Assembly (NCBI GenBank): GCA_965368975.1
Contig: CBDUPA010000010.1
Span: 1-64,000, forward strand
Direction of reading: 5' to 3'
Source: an uncultured bacterium
GTDB taxonomy: Bacteria; Acidobacteriota; Thermoanaerobaculia; Multivoradales; JAHZIX01
DNA: 64,000 nt
The first letter of the stretch is position 1. Every line of letters begins with the position of its first letter. The translations under genes were made by a program, and so were the position numbers. Shown here in pieces: positions 49,002-58,453 of this stretch. The notes beneath the pieces are model-generated. The model made no database searches, was not told where the DNA came from, and saw nothing but the letters and a program-made list of their open reading frames with translations.

Positions 49002-50840
49002 TCATTCCGAGCGCTCCAGAAGCAGGCGTACGAGTAGGACGACGAGTAGACCCAGGGCCATGATCAGCTGCAAGAGAAGCCCGCCCGGGCTGAACTCGAT
49101 CGGCATGCGGTAGCCCCAGGCAGCACTGAAGGGCAGCAGCAACAGGAAGACCACCGGCGCCAGGGCGGCAAAGGCGGCAAAGCCGCTTCCCGTGCCAAGC
49201 GATTTCCAGCCCGGTACCAGCACCCGCCCGAGCGCCGAGCCCGCCTCATCTGCAGCCGCGGCCGGCCGGCCCTTTCTGGACGAAGCCGTCTTGGCCGAAG
49301 ACTTGGACGGTGGCGCCTGCGCCGTACCCGCCACCATCTGCAACGCGTAGGCACCGAGCAACATACCCAGCACCGCGAAGACGGACAGGCTCTGGCGCAC
49401 CACCCGCCGCAAGGTCGAGGTCACTTCCGTCTGGCCTCCCTCCTGCTGTGCCAGTGCCAAGCGCTGACGCAGCTCCGGGATTCGGCGGAAACCACCATCG
49501 AGCGGATGTACGCGGCGATCCTGGCGCTCGACCCAGCGGCCGACCGCGGCAGGTGCGAGCCGCTGCGCTTCGGCCAGGGCACGGCTCGATTCATCGAATT
49601 CGTAGTTGGCTCCGTACGCCTGGCTCAGGTTGAAGAAAGCCTGCGCACTGCCGGCATCGAGCGACGTCGCGCGCAAGAACCGCTCCTGGGCACCGCCGTA
49701 GTCTTCCTGGTTGAAGTAGTAGATGCCCATGTTGACCCACAGTGACGAATCGTCGACCTTGCTGTCTTCGCGGATCAGCTGCTGGTAGAGCGTGCGTGCC
49801 TGCTCCCACTGGCCGAAACGGCGGTGCAAGTCGGCGACGAGATGGTCGACATCCAGGTCGCTCGGCAGCGTGTTGCGCAACGCCCGCAGGTCGGCGAACA
49901 GGTGCCCTGACAGGCGATCATTGCTCAAGTCGTCGAGCACGCGCATGGGTGGCGACAGCATGCCGGACAGGGTCCGCTCCTGCTGCCCGAGTACCCAGGG
50001 CGAGAGGCTCAGCAGCAACCAGCCGAACGCCAGTACCAGCCGTTCGCTCTTGGTGATCGACCCCCAGAGGAACATCGTCCACAGCATGAGCAGCCAGAGC
50101 AACCCTGCTGGCAAGAACAGGGGAGCCCCCAGCAGCAGCACGGCCAGCGCCAGGGCGGCCGGCGGCGGCATCCAGCGACGGAAGAGGGTCGCCAAGCCGC
50201 GCAAAACGTCCCCGCCGCGGCGAGCGATCAGCAGCAACAGGAAGATCATGCAACTGACCACCACGACCAGGATGGCGAGCAACGAGGCATTGTAGAGCAG
50301 CAGGGTCCGAGCGACCGGTTGGCGCCACAAGCCAACGTAGCCTTCGACCAGGTGCTGCAGCATACCGACGTACTTGCCCTGCAGTCGATCGATCGTGGCC
50401 CGCGCAAAAGCCGTCTCGGGCTGCACCGGGTCCATGAGCTCCGCCGCGTCGAGAGCCCAGGCAGCGCGCGCGAAATCACCGTCCTCGCGCGCGGCCCGCT
50501 GGGCGGCGGCCAGCATCGCGCGCTGCACGTCCGGCAAACGTCGCATTTCCAGATCCTCGACCGTTTGGCGCAGCTGGGCGGCAAATTGGTCGGCATCCTG
50601 CTGCTCGTCTTGATAGAACGAGCCCTGCCAAGCTAGAAACAAGTCTGGCACTTGCTCCAGCTGGCGCTGTACCTCGGGGGTCAACTCCAGACCGGTAATC
50701 CCAGGCGATGACGTCTGCGCCGAGGCGGGCGACGTCATCAGGGGTGCCACCAAGCACAGCAACCCCACCACCAGCCAGCGCAAACTCCGGTGCAGCGGCT
50801 GTGAGCCTCGACATTGCAACTTCCGCTTCTCCACTCTCAC
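49002..50840 (-). CDS. Multi-pass membrane protein with TPR repeats
   Basis: Hydrophobic helices plus TPR motifs (WVNMGIYYF...A, AFFNLSQAY). GTGA coupling to the upstream ORF. Confidence 0.85.
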   Translation of the reverse strand: MRVEKRKLQCRGSQPLHRSLRWLVVGLLCLVAPLMTSPASAQTSSPGITGLELTPEVQRQLEQVPDLFLAWQGSFYQDEQQDADQFAAQLRQTVEDLEMRRLPDVQRAMLAAAQRAAREDGDFARAAWALDAAELMDPVQPETAFARATIDRLQGKYVGMLQHLVEGYVGLWRQPVARTLLLYNASLLAILVVVVSCMIFLLLLIARRGGDVLRGLATLFRRWMPPPAALALAVLLLGAPLFLPAGLLWLLMLWTMFLWGSITKSERLVLAFGWLLLSLSPWVLGQQERTLSGMLSPPMRVLDDLSNDRLSGHLFADLRALRNTLPSDLDVDHLVADLHRRFGQWEQARTLYQQLIREDSKVDDSSLWVNMGIYYFNQEDYGGAQERFLRATSLDAGSAQAFFNLSQAYGANYEFDESSRALAEAQRLAPAAVGRWVERQDRRVHPLDGGFRRIPELRQRLALAQQEGGQTEVTSTLRRVVRQSLSVFAVLGMLLGAYALQMVAGTAQAPPSKSSAKTASSRKGRPAAAADEAGSALGRVLVPGWKSLGTGSGFAAFAALAPVVFLLLLPFSAAWGYRMPIEFSPGGLLLQLIMALGLLVVLLVRLLLERSE

Positions 50841-51046
50841 CCTCGCTTCTGTACGTAGAGCATGCGCAGCTGGTAGAGCACGTTCTCGAGATAGGCCGGT
50901 TCGCGGGCACTGAGGTTACCAGTAGTCTTGCGTCGCAGGACGACTGCATCTCCAAGGCGCTGCTCCAAGAAGCTGCATTCCGCTCGCAGTTCCCCCTCCG
51001 GCGTGAACATACGCTTGTCGGTCACCTTGAGACGCTTTGCACTCAC
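50837..51046 (-). CDS. Short DUF1844-like protein, apparently internally deleted (possible pseudogene)
   Basis: KVTDKRMFTPEGELR is joined almost directly to LRRKTTGNLSARE..YLENVLYQLRMLYV. GGGAG RBS 9 nt before GTG 51046. Divergent from mazG. Confidence 0.65.
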   Translation of the reverse strand: MSAKRLKVTDKRMFTPEGELRAECSFLEQRLGDAVVLRRKTTGNLSAREPAYLENVLYQLRMLYVQKRG

Positions 51047-51163
51047 TGACACAATCTCCCCGTCGCCTGAGCTGGTACGGTTGGAGCTAGCACGGCTGGC
51101 AGCGGCAATCGTAGCAGGCACAAATCCACCAGAGCAAGGAAACACCGAGCGGAGGAAGCCACC

Positions 51164-52024
51164 ATGATCCAAGCCCCCGAGCCCCCTGCCTCCGACGCTC
51201 CCGACCTGGCGCCGCTGGCCGAACTGGTACGCTTGCTACGCGGCCCCGGTGGCTGCGCCTGGGACCGGAAGCAGACTCTCGGCGACGTCCGAGGTTACTT
51301 GCTCGAGGAAGCCCACGAGGTCGCCGACGCCCTCGACCGGCGCGATTGGGGCGCACTGGAGGAAGAACTCGGCGACTTGCTGTTCCACGTCGTCTTCACC
51401 GCCTCCGTGGCCGCCGAGGACGGGCACTTCGACCTCGCCCGCGTCATCCACCGCATCCATACCAAGATGGTCGATCGCCATCCGCACGTCTTCGAGGTCG
51501 AACAAGCCGGTACCCTGCACACCGCCGACGAGGTCAGCCGCGCCTGGGAAGAGCGTAAGCTGCAGCAAGAGAAGAAGGATCGCCCCCTGCTCGACGGCGT
51601 CGCCCGCTCGGTGCCAGCCCTGCTCGCCAGCTATCGCATGACCCAGAAGGCCGCCGGCGTCGGCTTCGACTGGGACGAGCCGGCCGAGGTACTCGACAAG
51701 GTCGAGGAAGAACTCGGCGAGCTGCGTGCCGAGATGCCGAGTGCAGCCACCAAGCCTAACGGCCCACCGGGCCCCGACCTACGCGATGGCCTGCGTGCTG
51801 AATTGGGCGACCTCCTCTTCACCGTCGCCAATCTAGCCCGCAAACTCGACATCGACCCGGAAGCCGCGCTGGCCGAGACGAATCTCAAGTTCCGACGCCG
51901 CTTCGGCCACGTCGAGACGCGGCTCAAGGAGCAAGATCGACGGCTGGATCAGGCGTCGCTGGACGAGATGGACGCGCTGTGGAACGAGGCCAAGGCACAG
52001 GAAGCACCAGAATCGCTCAGATGA
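51164..52024 (+). CDS. mazG: Nucleoside triphosphate pyrophosphohydrolase MazG
   Basis: LRGPGGCAWDRKQT, EEAHEV, EELGDLL, RHPHVF, KAAGVGFDW, ELGDLLF, KFRRRF. Confidence 0.97.
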   Translation: MIQAPEPPASDAPDLAPLAELVRLLRGPGGCAWDRKQTLGDVRGYLLEEAHEVADALDRRDWGALEEELGDLLFHVVFTASVAAEDGHFDLARVIHRIHTKMVDRHPHVFEVEQAGTLHTADEVSRAWEERKLQQEKKDRPLLDGVARSVPALLASYRMTQKAAGVGFDWDEPAEVLDKVEEELGELRAEMPSAATKPNGPPGPDLRDGLRAELGDLLFTVANLARKLDIDPEAALAETNLKFRRRFGHVETRLKEQDRRLDQASLDEMDALWNEAKAQEAPESLR

Positions 52025-52202
52025 GTAGCCGCCCTTGGTAGCTCCCCCTGGGGGCTATACAGCTGAATTCCCTGCAAGAGCACCCCAGGACAATTGAGGG
52101 ATCTCTTTAGGGAATATCACCAGCCTGGCTTACAATCATAACGGACTACTCAAGAACCACTCTTACCAGCAAGAATTCGGCAAGAAGGAATTAAGCAAGG
52201 AC

Positions 52203-52400
52203 ATGCGAAAGATCAGATCGAACAGTCAGAAACTAGAGTTCCCAGAAACTACCCTCAGTCTTCTCGAGAGTGCAGTCGGAGGAGCCAACACTGGTGAATG
52301 TCCAGCGCCAGGTAGTGGCAGCGATGGCCCTGAAAAGCCTACGACGCCAGAAACAATCCAGCCCAGCCGAGAGATCCCAAGAATCATCATAGGCAACTAA
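52203..52400 (+). CDS. 65-aa peptide with a double-glycine-type leader (candidate RiPP or signalling precursor)
   Basis: AAGGA RBS and an upstream TACAAT (52131-52136). Basic N-terminus, then KLEF.ETTLSLLESAVGG, then a Pro/Gly/Ser/Thr-rich core. Lies in a low-GC gap. Confidence 0.55.
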   Translation: MRKIRSNSQKLEFPETTLSLLESAVGGANTGECPAPGSGSDGPEKPTTPETIQPSREIPRIIIGN

Positions 52401-52578
52401 GGATGCATCGACTGCAAGAGTACACCCTGAGCAGACGCGAGAGATCTCAGGTCACCCTGGTGCAGCCAGCCGCCTCACATCCAAATGGACTCGTCAAGTG
52501 ACCCAAGATTCTAGAGGGAAGGCTCTCAGACAGAGCCCAGCTGGCAGCTGCATCAGCTGAGCGAAGGTTCATCTCGCC

Positions 52579-53277
52579 TCAGTGGATAACGTCCTCCACC
52601 AGAGGCTGTACGTACTCGAAGACGTTCTCCGCCACGATCTCTTGCCCTTCGGCGGTCGGGTGAATCCCATCGGGCTGGTTGAGACGGCGCACACCGCCGA
52701 CATCTTCGAGTAGGAAGGGCATCAGTTCGACATCGAGATCCTGGGCGATCTGCGGGTAGAGGTCGGCGAAGCGCTCGGTGTAGTCAGGGCCGTAGTTGGG
52801 CGGGATCTGCATGCCGAGCAGCAGCACGCGGGCGCCGGTGGCATGACCGCGTTCGATGATGGCGCGCAGGTTTGACTCGGTGGCGGCGAGATCTTGCCCG
52901 CGCAGCGCGTCATTGCCACCCAGGCCGACGACCAGGATGTCGGGTTGCTGCTGGAGCACCCAATCGACGCGACTCAGGCCACCGGCACTGGTGTCGCCGC
53001 TGACACCGGCATTGACGACTTCAACGTCGAAACCTTCGTCGAGCAACGTCGTCTCCACCAGAGCCGGAAAGGCTTGCTCTTCGGCCAGACCGTAGCCCGC
53101 GGTGAGGCTGTCGCCCAGGAAGACGATGCGCACGGCGGCGGTTTCAGCGTCTACAGCCTGCGGGGCATCGACGGCCGCGGTGTCGGGTGCTGTCGTCGGT
53201 GCCCCGGATTCGGTACCATCACCGCCACAGCCGGCGAGAAGAAGGAAGAACAAGCAAGGCATCCAGATATTTCTCAT
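52579..53277 (-). CDS. tesA: SGNH/GDSL arylesterase (TesA-like) lipoprotein
   Basis: GDSLTAG, NAGVSGDT, GGNDALRG, DGIHP and lipobox LAG-C. Divergent from ybbA/ybbP as in the known arrangement. Confidence 0.92.
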   Translation of the reverse strand: MRNIWMPCLFFLLLAGCGGDGTESGAPTTAPDTAAVDAPQAVDAETAAVRIVFLGDSLTAGYGLAEEQAFPALVETTLLDEGFDVEVVNAGVSGDTSAGGLSRVDWVLQQQPDILVVGLGGNDALRGQDLAATESNLRAIIERGHATGARVLLLGMQIPPNYGPDYTERFADLYPQIAQDLDVELMPFLLEDVGGVRRLNQPDGIHPTAEGQEIVAENVFEYVQPLVEDVIH

Positions 53278-53294
53278 AGGCGAATCATAACCTC

Positions 53295-54032
53295 ATGAAT
53301 GACACCCCCCGCCTCGACACCCCGCGCCTCGAATTGCCTCTCCTAGAATTGAAGAAGCTGACCCGCCGCCTACGCTCCGGCGACCGTGAGCTGACGGTGC
53401 TCGACAGCGTCGACCTGCGCATCGAAGCCGGCGAGTTCATCGCCGTGCTCGGTCCGTCCGGCAGCGGAAAATCGACGCTGCTGGCTTTGATGGCTGGCCT
53501 CGACCGGCCGAGCGACGGCGAGGTACGGCTCGATGGCGAGGCGATCCAAGATCTGAGCGAGGACCGTCTGGCACTGCTGCGTCGACGCAAGATCGGCTTC
53601 GTCTTCCAGAGCTTCCAGCTGCTCGGCAACCTGACGGCGCGCGAGAACGTGCTCTTGCCGCTGGAGCTCGCCGGCGAACCGGACGCGCTCGAGCGGGCGA
53701 ATGCATTGCTGGCACAGGTGGGCCTGGGCGAGCGCGGGCACCACTACCCGACCCAGCTCTCTGGTGGTGAGCAGCAGCGCGTAGCCCTGGCGCGGGCCTT
53801 CGCCTGCCGGCCTCCCTTGTTGCTGGCCGATGAGCCCACCGGCAATCTGGACAGCGCCACCGGCACCCAGGTGCTCGACGTCCTCACCGCTTTGCATCGG
53901 GACGGCGGCACGACGCTGGTGCTGGTGACCCACGACCCGGCCGTGGCGGCGCGCGCCGATCGAAGTATTCATCTGCGCGATGGCGCGCTCGTGCGAGATG
54001 AACGCCGCTCCACGACGGAGCCGTCAGCGTGA
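53295..54032 (+). CDS. ybbA: ABC transporter ATP-binding protein (YbbA/LolD-like)
   Basis: GPSGSGKST, FVFQSFQL, LSGGEQQRVALARA, ADEPTGNLD, VTHD. Confidence 0.93.
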   Translation: MNDTPRLDTPRLELPLLELKKLTRRLRSGDRELTVLDSVDLRIEAGEFIAVLGPSGSGKSTLLALMAGLDRPSDGEVRLDGEAIQDLSEDRLALLRRRKIGFVFQSFQLLGNLTARENVLLPLELAGEPDALERANALLAQVGLGERGHHYPTQLSGGEQQRVALARAFACRPPLLLADEPTGNLDSATGTQVLDVLTALHRDGGTTLVLVTHDPAVAARADRSIHLRDGALVRDERRSTTEPSA

Positions 54033-56773
54033 AGGTGTCCCTCTACCTCCGCACCGCCTGGCGCGAGTCGCGCGGCGCGCGCGGTCGCATGCTCTTCTTC
54101 GTCGCATGCTTGGCGGTGGGCGTGGCGGCGGTGGTGGCGGTCGCGTCACTGGCGTCGAGCCTGGACACCGCCGTGCGCGCGGAAGCGCGCCAGCTGCTCG
54201 CCGCCGACCTCAAGATCCGCGGTAACCAACCGCTCCCCGAGACGCTGCAGCGGGACCTGACGACCCTCGCTGGCGACGCTGGGATCGAGGCCGTCGGCGT
54301 CGAGCGCACCAATCTCAAGGAACTAGTGACCGTGGTCGCACGCTGGGCTCCGGAGCGGCCAGAAGGTGAGCCGCCTACCGGCGTCCCAGCTGCGAGCCAG
54401 CTGTCGGAGCTCAAGGTCGTCGATGGCACCTATCCCTTCTACGGCACGCTCGACCTCCAGCCGGCCCAACCACTGACCGACCTGCTGCTGCCCGACACCA
54501 CCGTCGTCGCCGCCGACCTGCTGCCGCGCCTGGGGGTCGATATCGGGGACTCGCTGAGCATTGGCGGCGAGAAGTTTCGCATCGCCGGGGTCGTGCTCTC
54601 CGAGCCGGATCGCGTTACCTTCACCTTGACGCTCGGCCCGCGCATCTTCCTGTCCACCGAGGGACTGGCTCGTACCAACCTCGAGACTTATGGTAGCCGC
54701 GTTCGCTACAGCGCCTTGATCCGCCTTCCCGACGGCACCACGCCACCGCAACTGCGAGCACTGGCCGCGGACTTGAACCAGCGCTTGGGCGGGCCAGAAA
54801 GGACTGAGCAGCAGGACGGACCCGACAGGCCAAACGACACAGACGAAACGACCGACTCGGCCCAGGACGACGATGTGCCCCAGGGCGTCTTCCGCGTCGA
54901 GACCTACGTCGAAGCACAGCCGAGCTTGCGTCAGGGGCTACGCCGCGTCGAACGCTACCTCGGCTTGGTAGCGCTGCTGTCGCTGCTGATCGGCGGTGTC
55001 GGCGTCGCGCAGACGGTGCGCGCCTGGCTGGCCGGGCGCCTGGACGCGGTGGCCATCCTCAAGTGCCTTGGGCTGCGGCCGCGCGAGGTCTTTGCGCTCT
55101 ATCTCGGGCAGGCGGCGGTGCTCGGCCTGGCCGGGAGTCTGGCCGGTATGCTGCTCGGCGCCCTAGTGCCGGCGGTGATTCCCTATGTCCTGGGAGATCT
55201 GATCGACGCCGACGCGATCAACCCCTGGCAGCCAGCCGCCCTGCTGCGGGGCCTGGTGCTCGGTCTCGGAGTCGCCCTGCTGTTCAGCCTGCCACCGCTG
55301 GCCGCGGTGCTGCGCGTGCCGCCGGTGCGCGTGCTCCGGCGCGCGGCCGAGCCGTTGCCGCCGGCACGGCAGACCGAGCGCCTCACCGCCGGTGCCCTGC
55401 TACTCGGCGTGCTGCTGATGGCCGTGCTCCAGGCCGGCGGCTGGACACTCGAAGCCTGGCAGTTGGGCGCTGCCTTCACCGCCGGCCTGACCCTCGTGAC
55501 GCTCCTCTTGCTGCTCGCTGCCCGCGGCGTGCAGACCGCCGTCGCCCGCCTGCCGCGGGAGCGCCTGGGCACCACCCGCGACGGCTCACGCGCCCGTCTC
55601 TACCTCCGCCAAGGACTGGCGGCGCTGGCCCGCCCAGGTGCCGGCACCAGCGGCGCCATGGTCGCCCTCGGCCTCGGCGTCCTGGTGGTGTTGTCGATGA
55701 GCCTGGTCCAGGGCCACCTGGCCAGGCAACTCGACGCCGAACTGCCGGCCGAAGCCCCCAGCGTCTTCCTGGTCGACATCCAGCCCGACCAGTGGAATGG
55801 CGTGCAGCAGCGGCTGGCCTCCAGCCAGGCCGAGGACATCGACTCGGTGCCAGTGGTCACCGCCCGCCTGGCCGCGATCGACGGCCGGCGCATCCGCGAG
55901 CTCCTGCGCTCGTCCGACCCGGAAGACCGCAGTCGGCGCTGGGCCTTGACGCGCGAGCAGCGACTGACCTGGCTCGACCGCTTGCCGGACGACAACCGCC
56001 TGGTCGAACAAACATCGCCGGACGCCACCCTGGACGCACCTTGGCAGCTGCCGGACGTGCTCGAAGCGACCGTCGACACCGGCTTCGCCGAGAACCTCCG
56101 CATCGGCCTCGGCTCGACGCTCACCTTCGACGTCCAGGGTGTCGAGTTGACGCTCACCGTCTCCAGTCTGCGCGAGATCCGCTGGGAGAGCTTCGGCCTC
56201 AACTTCTTCCTGGTCGCCGAGCCGGCAGCTCTCGAAGCCGCCCCCCACTTCCGTATCGCCACCGCGCAGGTGGCAGCCGAGGCCGAGCAGGGCCTGCAGG
56301 ACAACCTGGCAGCCGCCTTCCCGAACGTCACGGTGCTGCGCGTGCGCGCCATCCTCGAGAAGGTCATCGGCGTGCTCGAGCGACTGGGACTGGGTGTGCG
56401 CTTTCTCGGCGCCTTCACCATCCTGGCCGGCCTCGCCATCCTGGCCGGAGCCGTGAGCGCCGGCGCCGCCCGCCGCGGCCGCGAAGTCGCCCTGCTCAAG
56501 ACGCTGGGCACGACGCGCGCTGGCGTCGCGGCGATGTTCGCCGTCGAGTACACGTTGATCGGGCTGGTCGCCGGCCTGATCGGGGCCGCCGGTGGTGGCG
56601 TACTCTCGTGGGCGGTGCTCGAGTACGCCATGGACATCGACTACGAGTTCCAGCTGACGCCCTTCCTGAGCACCCTCGTCGGCATCACCGCCCTGACGCT
56701 GATCGCCGGCCTGGCCGCGAGCTGGAACGCCTTGCAACGGCGTCCGATCGACGTGCTGCGACAGGCGGAGTGA
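54029..56773 (+). CDS. ybbP: ABC transporter permease (YbbP/FtsX-like)
   Basis: AWRESR, LLAADL, YPFYG, AILKCLG, FLVDIQPDQ, ALLKTLG. GTGA coupling to ybbA. Confidence 0.92.
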   Translation: MKVSLYLRTAWRESRGARGRMLFFVACLAVGVAAVVAVASLASSLDTAVRAEARQLLAADLKIRGNQPLPETLQRDLTTLAGDAGIEAVGVERTNLKELVTVVARWAPERPEGEPPTGVPAASQLSELKVVDGTYPFYGTLDLQPAQPLTDLLLPDTTVVAADLLPRLGVDIGDSLSIGGEKFRIAGVVLSEPDRVTFTLTLGPRIFLSTEGLARTNLETYGSRVRYSALIRLPDGTTPPQLRALAADLNQRLGGPERTEQQDGPDRPNDTDETTDSAQDDDVPQGVFRVETYVEAQPSLRQGLRRVERYLGLVALLSLLIGGVGVAQTVRAWLAGRLDAVAILKCLGLRPREVFALYLGQAAVLGLAGSLAGMLLGALVPAVIPYVLGDLIDADAINPWQPAALLRGLVLGLGVALLFSLPPLAAVLRVPPVRVLRRAAEPLPPARQTERLTAGALLLGVLLMAVLQAGGWTLEAWQLGAAFTAGLTLVTLLLLLAARGVQTAVARLPRERLGTTRDGSRARLYLRQGLAALARPGAGTSGAMVALGLGVLVVLSMSLVQGHLARQLDAELPAEAPSVFLVDIQPDQWNGVQQRLASSQAEDIDSVPVVTARLAAIDGRRIRELLRSSDPEDRSRRWALTREQRLTWLDRLPDDNRLVEQTSPDATLDAPWQLPDVLEATVDTGFAENLRIGLGSTLTFDVQGVELTLTVSSLREIRWESFGLNFFLVAEPAALEAAPHFRIATAQVAAEAEQGLQDNLAAAFPNVTVLRVRAILEKVIGVLERLGLGVRFLGAFTILAGLAILAGAVSAGAARRGREVALLKTLGTTRAGVAAMFAVEYTLIGLVAGLIGAAGGGVLSWAVLEYAMDIDYEFQLTPFLSTLVGITALTLIAGLAASWNALQRRPIDVLRQAE

Positions 56774-56959
56774 GCCGCTCTCGATCGAGACTTCTGCGCG
56801 GCTTGCGCCCCTGGGCAAGTCCAGCGCCAGGTGGTATCGTCAGACAGTGGTGGAGTCAAACTCGCCCGCTCTCATTCCCTACCCCAATCCCTATCCAGAT
56901 GGCGCCTCAGGTGACGCACCCAGATGCCGACTCACCCGCAAGAAAGGCTTGATCTATCC

Positions 56960-58432
56960 ATGGACCAGGAGCCGAAGCTTCCTCGCCACGCTCTGACCTT
57001 CGACGACGTCCTCCTGCTACCCGGACGCTCGGAGGTCCACCCCAACCTCGTCGACCTGCAGACCCAGCTGTGCCGCGGCATCAGCATGAACATCCCGCTG
57101 CTGAGCGCCGCCATGGACACCGTCACCGAGTCGCGTCTGGCCATCGCGCTGGCACAAGCCGGCGGCATCGGTGTCATTCACAAGAACTTCTCCATCTCGC
57201 GCCAGAAGGAAGAAGTCGATCGCGTCAAGCGCTCGGAAGCCGGCATGATCGTCGACCCGGTGACCATGCGGCCGTACCAGAAGATTCGCGAAGCGCTCGA
57301 CATGATGGCGCACTACAAGATCTCGGGCGTTCCCGTGACCGACGACGACGGCCATCTCGTCGGCATCCTGACCAACCGCGATCTGCGCTTCGAGGAGAAC
57401 GTCGAGCGTCGCATCGACGAGTTGATGACCAAGGACAAGCTGGTCACTGTGCCCCAGGGCACCACGCTCGAGCAGGCCAAGGCGAAGCTGCACGAGCACC
57501 GCATCGAGAAGCTCCTGGTGGTCGACGACGAAGGGGCGCTCAAGGGCCTGATCACGGTCAAGGACATCCAGAAAGCCACCGAGTTCCCCAAAGCCTGCAA
57601 GGACGAACTCGGCCGCCTGCGCGTCGCCGCAGCCATCGGCGCCAGCGGTGATTTCGTCGAGCGCGCGCAAGCGCTGGTCGAGGCCAAGGTCGACCTGCTG
57701 GTCCTCGACTCGTCGCACGCCCACAGTCGCGGCGTCCTGGACGCCACCGAGAAGGTCCGACGCATCCTGCCGGACACCCGCTTGATGGTGGGCAACGTCG
57801 CGACGGCCCGAGGCGTACGCGACCTGATCTCTCTCGACGTCGACGCGATCAAGGTCGGCATCGGTCCCGGCAGCATTTGCACCACCCGCGTCGTCACCGG
57901 CGTCGGTGTGCCGCAGATCACCGCGGTCAGTGATTGCGCGCGCGTCGCTGCCGAACACGGCGTGCCGGTGGTCGCCGACGGTGGCATCAAGTTCACTGGT
58001 GACGTCACCAAGGCCATCGCCGCCGGCGCCCACAGCGTCATGATCGGTTCACTGTTCGCCGGCACCGAGGAAAGCCCTGGCGAAACCATCCTCTACCAGG
58101 GCCGCACCTTCAAAGCCTACCGCGGCATGGGCTCACTCTCCGCCATGGCCCAGGGCAGCGCCGATCGCTACTTCCAGGAAGACGGGGCTCTGAGCAAGAT
58201 GGTGCCAGAAGGCATTGAGGGCATGGTGCCGTACAAGGGCAGCGTCCACAAGATGCTCGATCAGCTCACCGGTGGCCTGCGCTCCGGCATGGGCCTGTCC
58301 GGTTGCGCGACGATCGACGAGTTGCGCACCAGGGCCGAGTTCATCCGCATCTCCGCCGCGGGTCTGAAGGAGAGCCACGCGCACGACGTGGTGATCACCA
58401 AGGAAGCGCCAAACTACTGGGTCGAGCGCTAA
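56960..58432 (+). CDS. guaB: IMP dehydrogenase
   Basis: [18 protein letters not shown], a CBS pair, [37 protein letters not shown]. Confidence 0.98.
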   Translation: MDQEPKLPRHALTFDDVLLLPGRSEVHPNLVDLQTQLCRGISMNIPLLSAAMDTVTESRLAIALAQAGGIGVIHKNFSISRQKEEVDRVKRSEAGMIVDPVTMRPYQKIREALDMMAHYKISGVPVTDDDGHLVGILTNRDLRFEENVERRIDELMTKDKLVTVPQGTTLEQAKAKLHEHRIEKLLVVDDEGALKGLITVKDIQKATEFPKACKDELGRLRVAAAIGASGDFVERAQALVEAKVDLLVLDSSHAHSRGVLDATEKVRRILPDTRLMVGNVATARGVRDLISLDVDAIKVGIGPGSICTTRVVTGVGVPQITAVSDCARVAAEHGVPVVADGGIKFTGDVTKAIAAGAHSVMIGSLFAGTEESPGETILYQGRTFKAYRGMGSLSAMAQGSADRYFQEDGALSKMVPEGIEGMVPYKGSVHKMLDQLTGGLRSGMGLSGCATIDELRTRAEFIRISAAGLKESHAHDVVITKEAPNYWVER

Positions 58433-58453
58433 GCTCACCGGAGCGCGCCAGCG

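Noticed and set aside
52148-52154. ACTCAAG as a HAIR site upstream of the small peptide
   Set aside because: It is a half-site only; the left arm is absent.
55063-56952. 629-aa Arg/Pro-rich ORF
   Set aside because: It is an alternative frame over ybbP with composition typical of GC-rich off-frame translation.
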